A DNA stretch of 64,000 nt from Mobula hypostoma (Eukaryota), in NCBI RefSeq assembly GCF_963921235.1, contig NC_086097.1:234362001-234426000 (forward strand). Direction: 5' to 3'. The notes below the pieces were generated by a model. The model worked only from the letters and a program-made list of their open reading frames with translations, made no database searches and was not told where the DNA came from. The position numbers were made by a program, and so were the translations under genes. This document shows positions 37,075-49,490 of this stretch, one piece after another. Every line of letters begins with the position of its first letter. Position 1 is the stretch's first letter.

Positions 37075-39205
37075 CAAGTACTTTATTAGGTACCTCTGTA
37101 ACTGATAAAATGGCGACTGAGTGTATGGTCTTCTGTTGCTTATCCAGTTCAAGGTCCAACCCGTTGTCCGTTCAGAGATACTCTTCAGTCTGGCAATTCT
37201 TTTTTGATTTCTCATTGACAAGGTGAATTTGCCACCGAACTGCCGCTCACTGAATTTTTTTTGTATTTCACTCTGTTAACTCTAGAGTATGGATTCCCAA
37301 CCTGGGTCCATGGACCACTCAGTTAACATAGAACATAGAACATAGAATAGTACAGCACAGTACAGGCCCTTCAGCTCACAATTTTGTGCCGACCCTCAAA
37401 CCCTGCCTCCCATATAAGTCCCCACCTTAAATTCCTCCATATACCTGTCGAGTAGTCTCTTAAACTTCACTGCCTCCACCACTGACTCAGACAAAGCATT
37501 CCACACACCAACCACTCTCTGAGTAAAAAAACCTTCCTCTAATATCTCCCTTGAACTTCCCACCCCTTACATTAAAGCCATGTCCTCTTGTATTGAGCAG
37601 TGGTGCCCTGGGGAAGAGGCGCTGGCTATCCACTCTATCTATTCCTCTTATTATCTTGTACACCTCTATTATATCTCCTCTCATCCTCCTTCTCTCCAAA
37701 GAGTAAAGCCCTAGCTCCCTTAATCTGTGATCATAATGCATACTCTCTAAACCAGGCAGCATCCTGGTAGATCTCCTCTGTACCCTTTCCAATGCTTCCA
37801 CATCCTTCCTATAGTGAGGCGACCAGAACTGGACACAGTACTCCAAGTGTGGCCTAACCAGAGTTTTATAGAGCTGCATTATTACATCGCGACTCTTAAA
37901 CTCTATCCCTCGACTTATGAAAGCTAACACCCCACAAGCGTTCTTAACTACCCTATCTACCTGTGAGGCAACTTTCAGGGACCGGTGGACATGTACCCCC
38001 AGATCCCTCTGCTCCTCCACACTACCAAGTATCCTGCCATTTACTTTGTACTCTACCTTGGAATTTGTCCTTCCAAAGTGTACCACCCCACACTTCTCTG
38101 GGTTGAACTCCATCTGCCACTTCTCAGCCCACTTCTGCATCCTATCAATGTCTCTCTGCAATCTTTGACAATCCTCTACACTATCTACAACACCACCAAC
38201 CTTTGTGTCGTCTGCAAACTTGCCAACCCACCCCTCTACCCCCACATCCAGGTCGTTAATAAAAATCACGAAAAGTCGAGGTCCCAGAACCGATCCTTGT
38301 GGGACACCACTAGTCACAATCCTCCAATCTGAATGTACTCCCTCCACCATGACCCTCTGCCTTCTGCAGGCAAGCCAATTCTGAATCCACCTGGCCAAAT
38401 TCCCTGGATCCCATGCCTTCTGACTTTCTGAATAAGCCTACTGTGTGGAACCTTGTCAAATGCCTTACTAAAATCCATATAGATCACATCCACTACACTA
38501 CCCTCATCTATATGCCTGGTCACCTCCTCAAAGAACTCTATTAGGCTTGTTAGACGCGATCTGCCCTTCACAAAGCCATGCTGACTGTCCCTGATCAGAC
38601 CATGATTCTCTAAATGCCCAGAGATCCTATCTCTAAGAATCTTTTCCAACAGCTTTCCCACCACAGGGGTAAGGCTCACTGGTCTATAATTACCCGGACT
38701 ATCCCTACCACCTTTTTTGAACAAGGGGACAACATTCGCCTCTCTCCAATCCTCCGGTACCATTCCCGTGGACAACGAGGACATAAAGATCCTAGCCAGA
38801 GGCTCAGCAATCTCTTCCCTCAACTTGTGGAGCAGCCTTGGGAATATTCCGTCAGGCCCCGGGGACTTATCCGTTCTAATGCATTAATGGTAGGGGTCCA
38901 TAATATAACAAAAGTTGGGAACCTCTGCTCTACTGACTGTTATGCATGGGAATCCCAGGAGGTCAGCAGTTTCTAAGTTACTCAAGCCACCCTATCTGGC
39001 ACCAACAATCATTCCAAGGTTAAAGTAACTTAGATCACAGTTTTTCCCCATTCTGAAGTTTGGTCTGAACAGCAAATTAACCTCTTGACCATGTCTGTAT
39101 GCTTTTATGCATTGAATTGCTGCCATGTGATTGGCTGATTAAGTATAGTACCTACCTTATCGAGCAGGTGTACTGGTGCACCTAATAAAGTGGCCACTGA
39201 AAGTA
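37075..39205. mobile_element. Tc1-like MITE hosting a hAT-like MITE, which in turn hosts a CR1
   Basis: Outer ends actttattaggtac and cctaataaagtggccactga. Inner TIR-like ends ggattcccaacct (about 37291) and agttgggaacctctg (about 38912-38926). Confidence 0.55.
37326..38880 (-). mobile_element. CR1 family B, 5'-truncated RT with frameshifts
   Basis: Highly similar to 11676-13240. Frameshift near 38400 and a (ttctatg)n tail. Confidence 0.95.
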
Positions 39206-39884
39206 TGTGTGGAATGAATGTATTAAAGTAACGTATTAAAAAGCAAATATTTCATGTTAAATATTGTGAAAATTCAGGCACAATTCGCCTGAGCAGGTAA
39301 AATGTCACAAGGAAATTTGCTTGCTCTTTTATGCGCATCAATCAATCGATGTTCCCAGAACCATTACAGCTCACTACATTCAAAATCACCCAGGCATTGC
39401 AGGAAACAAATATATTTTCTAGTTTGATTAAGGTTATCACCCTGAAATACTAATTTTCTTTCTCTCTCCATAGATACCGTTTGATTCCCACGTCTATATA
39501 TTTTCTGTTGCTGTACAATTTTTTTTTACATCTCCTACATTTTGCTAGTGATTGGGCTTCAATTAATTTTATTAACAATTTAAAGAGAATTGATCATCAT
39601 CAACATTCGAAATGTCCAATACTGATACTTCATTTATTTTTTAAGATATTATCACAAGATAATAAGAATCAAATTCATTTGACATTTGCCTGCTGTTTCC
39701 AATGTTCATGAATGCTAATTAAATGGTTAGATACTTAAATTTTTAAACACATTGAACAACTGTTCTGTATGAATTCAATCTCCCTTATGCTTCTGATTTG
39801 ACAACTGATTATTTGAATAGGCATAGCTTTAGAAGTCAATTCTGGAACAGGTTTTCACATGAAATATTACTTTCTGCCTATTAT

Positions 39885-40285
39885 GCTGTAGGCGTTTGGG
39901 CAGCGATAAAGGTCCTTCATCTCTGGTGGTGTTCAGGGATTCCTTCATCATGTCAGTAGCTTCCTCGGTTTTCACTACTATCAGTCATGCAAGTCCAAGG
40001 TGGAGACTCAGGACTACAGTCACACTTAAATGTAGAGGGATTTTTCATGGTTGTTTCTGTGACAATTTTGTTTTAACATTCGGTGTGGTTAGCCCTGAGC
40101 TCAACCCCTGATCCTGGAGGACTGGTGGACCAATCATAGTATAGCCTTTACCCTTTCACCTGTTTGGCATGGGTGACCCTACCAAGAGCCCAAGCGTAAA
40201 GCCCGGACTCCAGCCAGCATAACTCTTCGGGTTACTGAGGCACGCAAGCCTCCAAATCCACTGTCAAGGTTGTGGTCCTCCTGGT
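39885..40285. mobile_element. Non-coding interspersed repeat of about 400 bp (possibly RTE-derived); copies at about 19890-20255 and 41035-41450
   Basis: All three loci share ccatctctggtggtg..cagg..ttccttcatc ... ggtggacca ... gggtgaccct..caagagcc ... ggttgtggtcctc. Confidence 0.6.
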
Positions 40286-40357
40286 GGTGTGCCTGTAAAG
40301 CACAAAGTTGTCTGCTGTGAATGCTTTCCTCATCCTTCCTTGTGTGCCTGTAAATAT

Positions 40358-41010
40358 CATTATTATTATTATTATTATTATTATGAGGACACGCAGCCCC
40401 CTTTTATTGTCATTTGGTAATGCGTGCATTAAGAAATGATAAAAATGTTTTTCCAGAATGATATCACAAAAACACATGACAAACTGACTTAAAAACTAAC
40501 AAAAAACACATAATTATAACATATAGTTACAACAGTGCAAAGCAATACTATAATTTGATAAGAACAGATCATGGCACAGTAAAAATCTCAAAGTCTCTCG
40601 AAAGTCCCATCATCTCACGCAGACGGTAAACCTCCAGCGCCGCCAACTTGCCGATGCAGCATCCTGGAAGCATCCGACCACAGTCCGACTCTGAATCCGT
40701 CCGAAAAACTCCGAGCCTCCGACCAGCCCTCCGACACCGAGCACCGAGCACCATCTCTCCCGAGCGTTTCGACCCCGGCCCCGGCAACAGGCGATACTCA
40801 AAGCCGAGGATTTGGGGCCTCCGTCTCCGGAAATTCTCGATTGCACAGTAGCAGCGACAGCGAAGCAGTTATTTCAGAAGTTATTCCAGATGTTCCTCTG
40901 CGTTTCTCACAGCTGTCCCCATCAAATCCAAACTGCGCACAGCACCCCTAGTTACATATATCAATATTCATTCAGAACCGCCGTGCGCGCTGCGTCGTGC
41001 CACCATCTTC
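40358..41010 (-). mobile_element. Short non-autonomous retroposon with a CpG-rich 5' part and a (TAA)n tail; related copy at about 46409-46822
   Basis: The minus strand starts aagatggtggcacgacgcagcgcgcacggc and ends aataaaag...(taa)8. No coding capacity. Confidence 0.6.
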
Positions 41011-42684
41011 TCCTCCCTCCAACTTACTTGCTTACTGCTCATTATGCTACTGGTGTTTAGAGCAGCAATGAAGTTCTCCATCTCTGATGGTGCTCAGTGC
41101 TTCCTTCATTGTGTCAGTAACTTCCTCTCTGGTTTTCACTACTGCCAGTCATACAATTCCGGTGGAGACTCAGGAATACTGTTGTGCTCAGATGAAGAAG
41201 GATTCTTCGTTGCTGTTTCTGTAATAATTTTGTTTTACCAGTCAGGATTACTAGTCCTGAGCTGAATGCCCGAACCCGGAGGACCCAGTAGACCACACTT
41301 AGTCTGGCCTCTACCCTTTGATCTGTTTGGCTTGAGTGACGCTGCCAAGAGCCGAAGCATAAGGCCCAGACTTCAGTTAACATAGTTCTTCGGGTCATTG
41401 GGGAACACAAGCCTCCAAGCCACGACAAGGTTGTGGTCCTCTTGGAGGACATAAAAATATTATTTCCAATAACATTACTTCTCAAAAATAGAAAACATTT
41501 AAATCTATATCATGTATGAGAGGGAATCTGTTTTGAACAATCCACGTGCATTGCTAGATGTATCTTTAAACAATACTCCATTATTATCTGGTTAGTTCTG
41601 AAAGATGTACGGTATATGGTTCTCCTTCACAATTTGATATATTACATCAGATTAAAGAGCAGATAGGACATAGTCATAATTAACCATCAGACTTGTCATT
41701 AGATAACAGGGAGAAATTCAAAGCTGATTATTGCCGCAGAGCAGTGTAAGACATTTGTTAGTGATCTATCATTCAATTCCATCATTTTAGCCACATACTG
41801 ATAATTTAAATCAGAAATGATACAGAGATTTTGATGGCTTCCACTTTATATTTGTCAAATAATTTCTTAAAACAAGGTTTACTATCTTATTATTCGACAG
41901 TCCTGATCACAGAATTAAGCAAGCCTGCAGAGGCTCTGCTTTCTGATTAAGAAACGGAACCGGGAATGAATATCAATCAAATTGTAATTTAGAAGCTGAG
42001 CGTGACATATCCGTAATTTAATCAGTGTATCTCACATAGGCTTCAGGTCACCCTTGAACATTTCTCCTCTCTTTGATGATTCATAGCATTGAACTTTTCT
42101 TTCCGAAACTACAGTAGCTACACTTCAAAAGTACTTTGTTGGTGTAGAGTTCTTTGAGGCAGCCTCAGACTGTGGAAGAAGTTAGGTGAATGTAATCTTT
42201 CTTTCCGTTCTGGATGTAATCTTTGGTTTAGCCTTTATTGTATTTTGCTTTAACTTGCTATTTTTATGGTAATTCGCCTTGATGAAACAAACTGGAACTA
42301 AGCTTCTACTTTCCCCCATTAATAAATAAAATGGCCTATTTCTTCATAAAGCAGGCCACTTTCCATATCTTGTGTTTTGCATCCAACTAATACAGTCATA
42401 TACATGGATGTCCACAAGGCATTGAACACATGAAATACAGTGTATTGGAGTTATTGGCCAGATATATCCCTGGAGGTTTGATCAGGTGATGTCTGATCTT
42501 CTGACACTTCACTGTAGCTTGCTGATGAAATAGCACATGTAGAGGAAAGGCATGCTTCTCTGCATTGAGTGCATTTGCATTTTGCTTCACATTGGATATT
42601 AACTGAGAAACGTCAAGTACATGGGCACCTTAAGTATGCAAAGCCCTTAATTTCTCCTTCCTTTTCATTGTTAGTACTATGCCT

Positions 42685-43268
42685 GGGGTTCCTTAAGGTT
42701 GTTATAGCCAAGGTGGGGGTAGTGGGGGACAAGTTCCCACTACCTATTAAATGCTCCCAATGGTGTGCATCTCAAATAGCCTCTGACAACTAGCTCCTGA
42801 CTTTCACCTGTAGTTTACCTACTAAGTCTGGCAGAACTACTCCTATTGACAGGAGGAGGGGAAAAGGTGGATTACTGATGCCGTAAAACCAGTCGCTTTG
42901 GGCAAATGTGGCAAGCCAGCCATGTTTGGTAGTTCGCCTAAGAGAAGGGAATCTCTGAGCTCCAACTTTCACTGACTTGCAGTTCTACCCACTCATGGGG
43001 AAGGCCCAAGGAAAAATCCAGAGCTGAAGTCCTTAAAGCAGTCAAACATTGAGTTCACCATGGACAGGCAACTCCTGTGATGCCTCGGGAGCCAAACTGT
43101 ATCGGTCGCTGCCGTTCCTTTGGATTTGTCAGCTGTGTGGAGAGGGGGAGTTTGCTGCATGGGCAACAGCTTGTTCCCCATATCGTACTGCCCTGGCTTG
43201 CACATCATCTGATCGTAGACAGCTAGAACGCAACATCCATAGTCAACCCCGACCATCGAAGGCCTCAA
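42685..43268. mobile_element. Non-coding interspersed repeat of about 580 bp; inverted copy at about 53455-54035
   Basis: ttaaggttgttatagc...ggggacaag.tccca...gtgcatctcaa..agc.tctgacaac ... agtcaaccc is shared in the opposite orientation. Confidence 0.7.
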
Positions 43269-44574
43269 AGTGTGTGTGGAAGATCAAATTGTTTTACAGG
43301 AACATCTCAGACAATTTAGAAAAACAGTAACTTCTGCTATAGTTGAGTGACATCAAAAATACTGTTATGTCTATTTGAATAATGTAAACTTTTTTTGGTT
43401 ATATTTCTCCTTGAAAAGATGATAACCACTCCGTATCCTGAGGTGTTTCTGCAAAGCTGCTTGGTTGGGAATTCCAGGATTTTGACCCAATGATGTTACA
43501 TGGTCCATCTCTTCACCTAGAGGAGACACCTCTGGCCACACATTTCTCCTCGGCTTCCATGAGCCATTTTGCATGTTCCTTTTTAAAGATTCATTGAAGA
43601 TGTTATTGTAGGAATGACATATATGGATTGGTTGCAAGAGCATGTGATCTGTGAGGCTGCTTGGAGGTGCTACTGTTTGAAAGACATTGCTGCTACTGCC
43701 CATCTAAGCACAAGGCTGATTAGTGACAGCAAGGCAGCTTGTCAGTGGTGATGCCAAGTGGAGATGGCTGTACTTTTAATAATTGGAACTTGTGTCGCGT
43801 GAATGTTAGTCTTCATTATTTAGTTTGAACCAGAACATTGTGACAGTTCTCCTGTGTGGTGGCATGGGACACATTGCTATCTGAGGAGCTGTGAATGATA
43901 TCTAATACCTTGGAATCAATAATGAAAAGTTTTTCTTTTTTTTCTTCTTTGAAGTAAAGATCACATAAGAACAAGTAAGAAGTTTTCAGGCTGCATCTGC
44001 TTCCCTGAAATGATGACTTTCCCCTGAAAATCTTAGTTGGCTGCACCAGGTAACATGACCCATACTGTACCTCAACTCATTTGGGACTTCTCCTTATGCC
44101 AAGGACAGCTCAGACTTCAGCACAGTGTCTCCCTAATGATGTTTGGAACCAAATACAATGTGCTGGGAGCAGCAAAATTGTGACTGACAGAAATCCTATT
44201 GAATTATGACAGTGATGCCTCCTTTCTTAACATCCTTTGCAATGAAATCTGAAAAATATTTCCTTCTCCCTTCAACCTGACTCTTCGTCACTGCAGACTA
44301 CAGCAACTATAGAACAGGGGCATATGGCTGAAAACTGAACTCTGTCATCTAAACCTAGTTCTGACTCAAATAACAATCTTGGAGAAGCCTATTTCTCCAG
44401 GTACAGAGTACAAAGCTATGCCAAAGACAACAGTGAACGCAACAAAGTGAAATTGTCTTCAAAATAAGCACAGGAGCACAGTTAGCATCATTCCCCAGGC
44501 CAACATCCCTACACTGAGATCCTAATTACTTTCTGTCAAGCCATGCCTGACACAAGATTCATGAAACAGACACA

Positions 44575-44607
44575 CAGAAGATTATGCAGGTGCTGGAAAT
44601 GCAGAGC

Positions 44608-44642
<35 letters not shown>

Positions 44643-44725
44643 CTGGAGGAACTCAGCAGCTCAGTCAGCATCTATGACAGAAATAATTAGCCAATGTTGC
44701 TGGCCGAGACCCGTAATCAGGACTC
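44575..44725 (-). mobile_element. Penelope-derived short repeat with an internal (CA)n expansion and a decayed hammerhead motif
   Basis: tgcaggtgctggaaat..gcaac(ac)n aaaatgctggaggaactcagcag...ggccgagaccc.taatcaggact. Confidence 0.65.
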
Positions 44726-45579
44726 CTGAAACAGACAACCTATTCTGAGTTCCATCATGGAAAAACGCTATCACGTGGTCAGGGGAAGAGATTGGGAGAT
44801 GTGCTCAGTGCCTCTTTGCAAAAATGGAATGTAACCATTCATTCCTGAGGGTTAAAATGCATAACTGTACAGACTGAAGAAACACCTTTCAGGATGATAC
44901 TTGGAAAACCTACACTTTTGTGCCAGGAGCACACAGAATCCCAACATAAACGTGGAAGAAGTGAACAACTCCAGAAAATATTCTTTCCTCAACTGTCTAT
45001 CTCTTCCTGCCCTGTTTGTGGAGTGGTGGAGCAGACTCAATGGGCCACATGGCCTAATTTCACTCCTATGTCTTATGGTCTCTGAACCCATAAATGGAAA
45101 CAAAATATCCCTGATTCCAAGTGACTGCCGAAGAAGCTGACCTTCAAATGTATAGCCAGTAAACTACATCAGCAGCCTCGGGCTCCTTTATGCAGATCAA
45201 TTGTCACGCAGATGATGATAGGGTTGCAGATATAACAAGTTTTTATTTCACTAATGCAAACATGCAGTGGGTGTTTGACAGCCTTTTTTTAATGTGTTCT
45301 ATTGGGTTTCTTTGTTTTGTGGCTGCCTTTAAAGAAACAAATCTCTGATTGTTAGTAATCATATGCTATACGCAAAAACATTAATAGGGAATGATGTGAC
45401 CAATACACAAATATTGCTGAAAGAAAACAATCACTTTAAACCATCCTATTTGCCCATGATGTTCTCAACACTCTTCACTGACTAGAGCAAGAGGACTTAG
45501 TTCCATTCAGTAATATCACCTGACCACCAAACTTGCTTAGGCACTGTTCTTCAATATTAGCTAACCATCTAGGAACAAT

Positions 45580-45813
45580 CTTGGTTGGACACGTCGCCAA
45601 GTGGTTAAGGCGTTTGTCTAGTTATCTCAAGGTCACTAGTTCGAGCCTCAGCTGTAGCAGAGTGTTTGTGCCCTTGAGCAAGGCACTTAACCACACATTG
45701 CTCTAGTCTGTGCAAGGAGTGGCGCCCCACACAGACTTCCAATCTGCGCTTTGTAAGGCATAAAAATGCCCGACGCAGGCCTCTCATGGTCTGTGTCAAT
45801 GTTCCCTCCCTCC
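45580..45813 (+). mobile_element. tRNA-derived SINE with a CORE-like motif and a TSD
   Basis: A box tcgccaagtgg, B box agttcgagcc, and tgtgcccttgagcaaggcacttaacc resembling the MIR CORE. Flanked by ctaggaacaat (45569-45579) and ctgggaacaat (45814-45824). Confidence 0.75.
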
Positions 45814-47087
45814 CTGGGAACAATACCTAATACTAGCATAACCATTGTACACTATAACCAATTCCACCATTCGATAGCCCCTAGACAAAAAATTGTACCA
45901 AGGAAATCAAACTTAACTTCCATTAGGGAGCATGCTTATGGCAATGCCCAATAACCCATTTGTATGCATCCATCAGCTGAAAGGTCAGATTGAATTGGAA
46001 AGGTCGGGTAATGGGCCAAATGAAGATGGCAGGTCCTGGGCCCAAAAGCACATTGAAGCAGCAGAGCTTGGATCTGAGAGCGAGGAATGACTTGCTATTT
46101 GGCTGATTTAAGCACTGGGTTGGATTGAAAAGCTCAGGGTGTCAGAGCCGGAGGTGAGGGACGGGCCGGTGTTCAGCTCACTGCTCAGCAAAGTTTACTC
46201 ATCTCTCCACTGAACTGAGGCTGTGACCTGCAACTAATGGGCTCTTGGATTGTCTGCGACTGCCTTTGTGGCGATGGACTCACTTTCGTGAACTTCAGTT
46301 CTGAATGTTATTTGCTTATTTTCAGTGTTTGGATCCTTTTTCTCTCTGCACATTGGGTGTTTGACTGCCTTTTTTAATGTGTTCTATTGGGTTTCTTTGT
46401 TTCTTTAGATTATGAGAACACTCAGTCCTCTTTTATTGTCATTTAGAAATGCATACATTCATTAAGAAATGATACGATGTTTCTCAGGAGTGATATCACA
46501 GAAAACAAGACAAACCAAAGACTAACACTGACAGAACCACATAATTATAACATATAGTTACAGCAGTGCAAAGCAATACCATAATTTGATAAAGAACAGT
46601 CCATAGGCACAGTAAATAAAGTCTCAAAAGTCCCCGAGTCGATCGACTCCCGAGTCCCTGATAGTGGGCGGCAAAAGGGAGAAACTCCCTGCCATAAACC
46701 TCCAGGCACCGTCAACTTGCCGATACCTTGGAAGCAGCCGACCACAGCCGACCCTGAGTCCATCCGTCTGAAAACTCCGAGCTTCCGAGCAGCCTCTCCG
46801 ATACAGCCTCCCGAGCGCCTTCCTCTGTTTTGTGGCTGCCTTTAAAGAAACAAATCTCAAGGTTGTGTATAGTATACATATTTGATAATAAATGTACTTT
46901 AACGTTGACTCACGACTAGAGTGCACTGGATGTCCATCTGCAGGCTTCTGTCAACCCTTGCAAATGCATTCAATTGTCCAACCATCCTCTGAGTAGAGAC
47001 TCATTATCAATAGGACAATTACAAGCAACACACACAAAATGCTGGAAGAACTCAGCAGGTCAGGCAGCATCTATGGAAAAGAGTGAA

Positions 47088-47123
47088 CAGTTGACGTTTC
47101 AGGGTGAGCCTCCTCATCAGGAC
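47088..47123 (-). ncRNA. Minimal hammerhead ribozyme motif within a Penelope-derived short repeat (about 47023-47123)
   Basis: The minus strand reads gtc-CTGATGA-ggaggctcaccct-GAAAC-GTC-aactg. The core and GUC triplet are intact; stems I and II are imperfect. Confidence 0.55.
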
Positions 47124-47769
47124 AACTACAAGTACATGGAAGCTATCCAGGTTCTCAGAAAGATCTGAATATTCAGTCCTAACTTCTACTTAATATACTT
47201 TATATTATCTTAAATAGTGGTTATCTTGTTTCTCATTGGCCAATGCTTTGTTTTGGAAACATACAGTGAAAGTGAGTTGTTTTCATTAACTACTATGGTA
47301 AAACAAGCCCATTTCCTTCCTTCCACTTCCTCCCTCCTTCCCACCCATCCACCCACATGGGCAGTCCTCCAACTCCAAGACAGACTTCCAGTCTCCAGTC
47401 TTCCGCCATCGGCCTTCGATTTCTGGATATCCAATCAACTTTCAGGCTCTGATTTTTGGTATATTTCCTGAACTAGCTGATGATGGGAGTGACCGTCCCC
47501 TAGCTGATGATGGGAGTGACCGTCCCTCATGTCTCTAGGTCACCCAGATATTTGATCCCAGGATACTTTGATTGGGACAGGCCAACATCCACAGATATCC
47601 TTCATCACCCAACTGCATTGCTGGCCTTCAAGCACAAAGCGAAGGCCTGGACTACAGATGTCCTTCATCACCCTCTGAGCTGTCGTTGGTCGAGCTACTA
47701 GCATGGAACAGGAGACACTCAGCCTGTGGCGAAGTGACAGCGCCTGTCAATGCATCACAGAATTACCAG

Positions 47770-48375
47770 ATTAAGACCATCTACAAACAAGTAAGGAAGC
47801 TCAAATCACAGCTTATGCAGGTCAAAGATGATCTGGGACTCAGGATAGTTGGTGTCCACAGGATTCCCTGTGAATGCAGAGCAGCATATATCAGTATATG
47901 GGACACACATTGGAAACCCGCATCAAGGAGCACAGGAGACGTATCTGTTTGGTTGCCCGGAAAAATCGACAGTAGCAGAACATTGCATTTGCAATGGCCA
48001 TAGGACTGACTTTGATAGCACAAAGCTACTGTGCCACGCCAATGGCTTTTGGGACAACCTGGTGAAGGAAGTTATTGAAATAAAACTACAGAAAATGAAT
48101 TTTAACAAAGATGAAGGTCTCGCTCTAAGTAAGAACTGAAATTCAATTATAAACAAGGTGGGAGAGCGGAAATCTGATTAGATGAGGACTAACTAATTAG
48201 GAGGGACAGATGACGGGGGAGTAAATTTAACCGGACTAGACTTGCCTCAGCATCTTTCCTGATGAAGCTGGCAAAGCTTGTCAGTGAAATATTGGTTAAA
48301 ACTGATACCTGTGTCTGCTGGAAGCCCAAGAACAATTTATTCGACAAATTCACCGGGAAATGCACGAGACCCTTT
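47770..48375 (+). mobile_element. Second Penelope-like family: GIY-YIG remnant plus 3' hammerhead motif
   Basis: KDDLGLRIVGVHRIPCECRAAYI.., KSTVAEHCICNGH..DFDSTKLL..VKEVIEIKL..NFNKDEGLALSKN. Confidence 0.8.
48259..48293 (+). ncRNA. Hammerhead ribozyme motif of the second Penelope family
   Basis: CTGATGA-a-gctggca-aagct-tgtcagt-GAAAT-ATT, with a 7-bp stem II (including G-U pairs) between the core boxes. Stem I is not evident. Confidence 0.55.
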
Positions 48376-48493
48376 TTCCATATTGTTTTGTTAATATTGA
48401 TAATGATAAAGTACAATAATAATCTTAACCTTTTAAATAAGGAGTCTTTTTTAACTGAAATAGAAGCAAAACACTTTTGGACTGAAACCATAT

Positions 48494-49490
48494 CAGCCCC
48501 CTGCTGTACTCACTGTACACCCATGATTGTGTAGCCAAGTTTCCATCAAACTCAATATATAAGTTTGCTGATGACAAAACAATTGTAGGCCGTATCTCGG
48601 GTAATGATGAGTTTGAGTACAAAGAGGAAATTAAGAACCTGGTGGCATGGTGTGAAGACAATAACCTATCCCTCAATGTCAGCAAGACGAAGGAATTGGT
48701 TGTTGACTTCAGAAGGAGTAGTGGACCACACAACCCAATTTACATCGGTGGTGCGCAAGTGGAACAGGTCAAAAGCTTTAAGTTCCTCGGGGTCAATATC
48801 ACAAATGACCTGACTTGGTCCAACCAAGCAGAGTTCACTGCCAAGAAGGCCCACCAGGGCCTTCACTTCCTGAGAAAACTAAAGAAACTTGGCCTGTCCC
48901 CTAAAACCCTCACTAATTTTTATAGATGCACCGTAGAAAGAATTCTTCTAGGGTGCATCACAACCTGGTATGGAAGTTGTCCTGTCCAAGACTGAAAGAA
49001 GCTGCAGAAGATCGTGAACACGGCGCAGCACATCACACAAACCAATCTTCCGTCCATGGACTCACTTTACACCGCACGCTGTCGGAGCAGTGCTGCCAGG
49101 ATAATCAAGGACACGACCCACCCAGCCAACACACTTTTCATCCCTCTTCCCTCCAGGAGAAGGCTCAGGAGCTTGAAGACTCGTACGGCAAGATTTGGGA
49201 ACAGCTTCTTTCCAACTGTGATAAGACTGCTGAAAGGATCCTGACCCAGATCTGGGCTGTACCCTCCAAATATCCGGACCTGCCTCTCGGTTTTTTTGCA
49301 CTACCTTACTTTCCATTTTTCTATTTTCTATTTATGATTTATAATTTAAATTTTTAATATTTACTAATTTTTACTATTTTTAATATTTAATATTTGTAAT
49401 CCAGGGAGTGGGAAGCGCAGAATCAAATATCGCTGTGATGATTGTACGTTCTAGTACCAATTGTTTGGTGACAATAAAGTATAAAGTATA
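48494..49490 (+). mobile_element. Rex1/Babar LINE, 5'-truncated, with one nonsense codon
   Basis: KFADD, WCEDNNLSLNVSKTKELVVDFRR, FKFLGV and SFFPTVIRLL. TGA at 48993-48995 and tail aataaagtataaagtata. Confidence 0.9.

Noticed and set aside
45587..45665. tRNA gene
   Set aside because: The A and B boxes run directly into a SINE body with a TSD, and no clean cloverleaf is evident.
47473..47526. 27-bp tandem duplication containing CTGATGA followed by a ggga/tccc hairpin
   Set aside because: No GAAA box follows the stem, so it is not a hammerhead. Two adjacent units with no spacer are a simple local duplication, not a CRISPR array.
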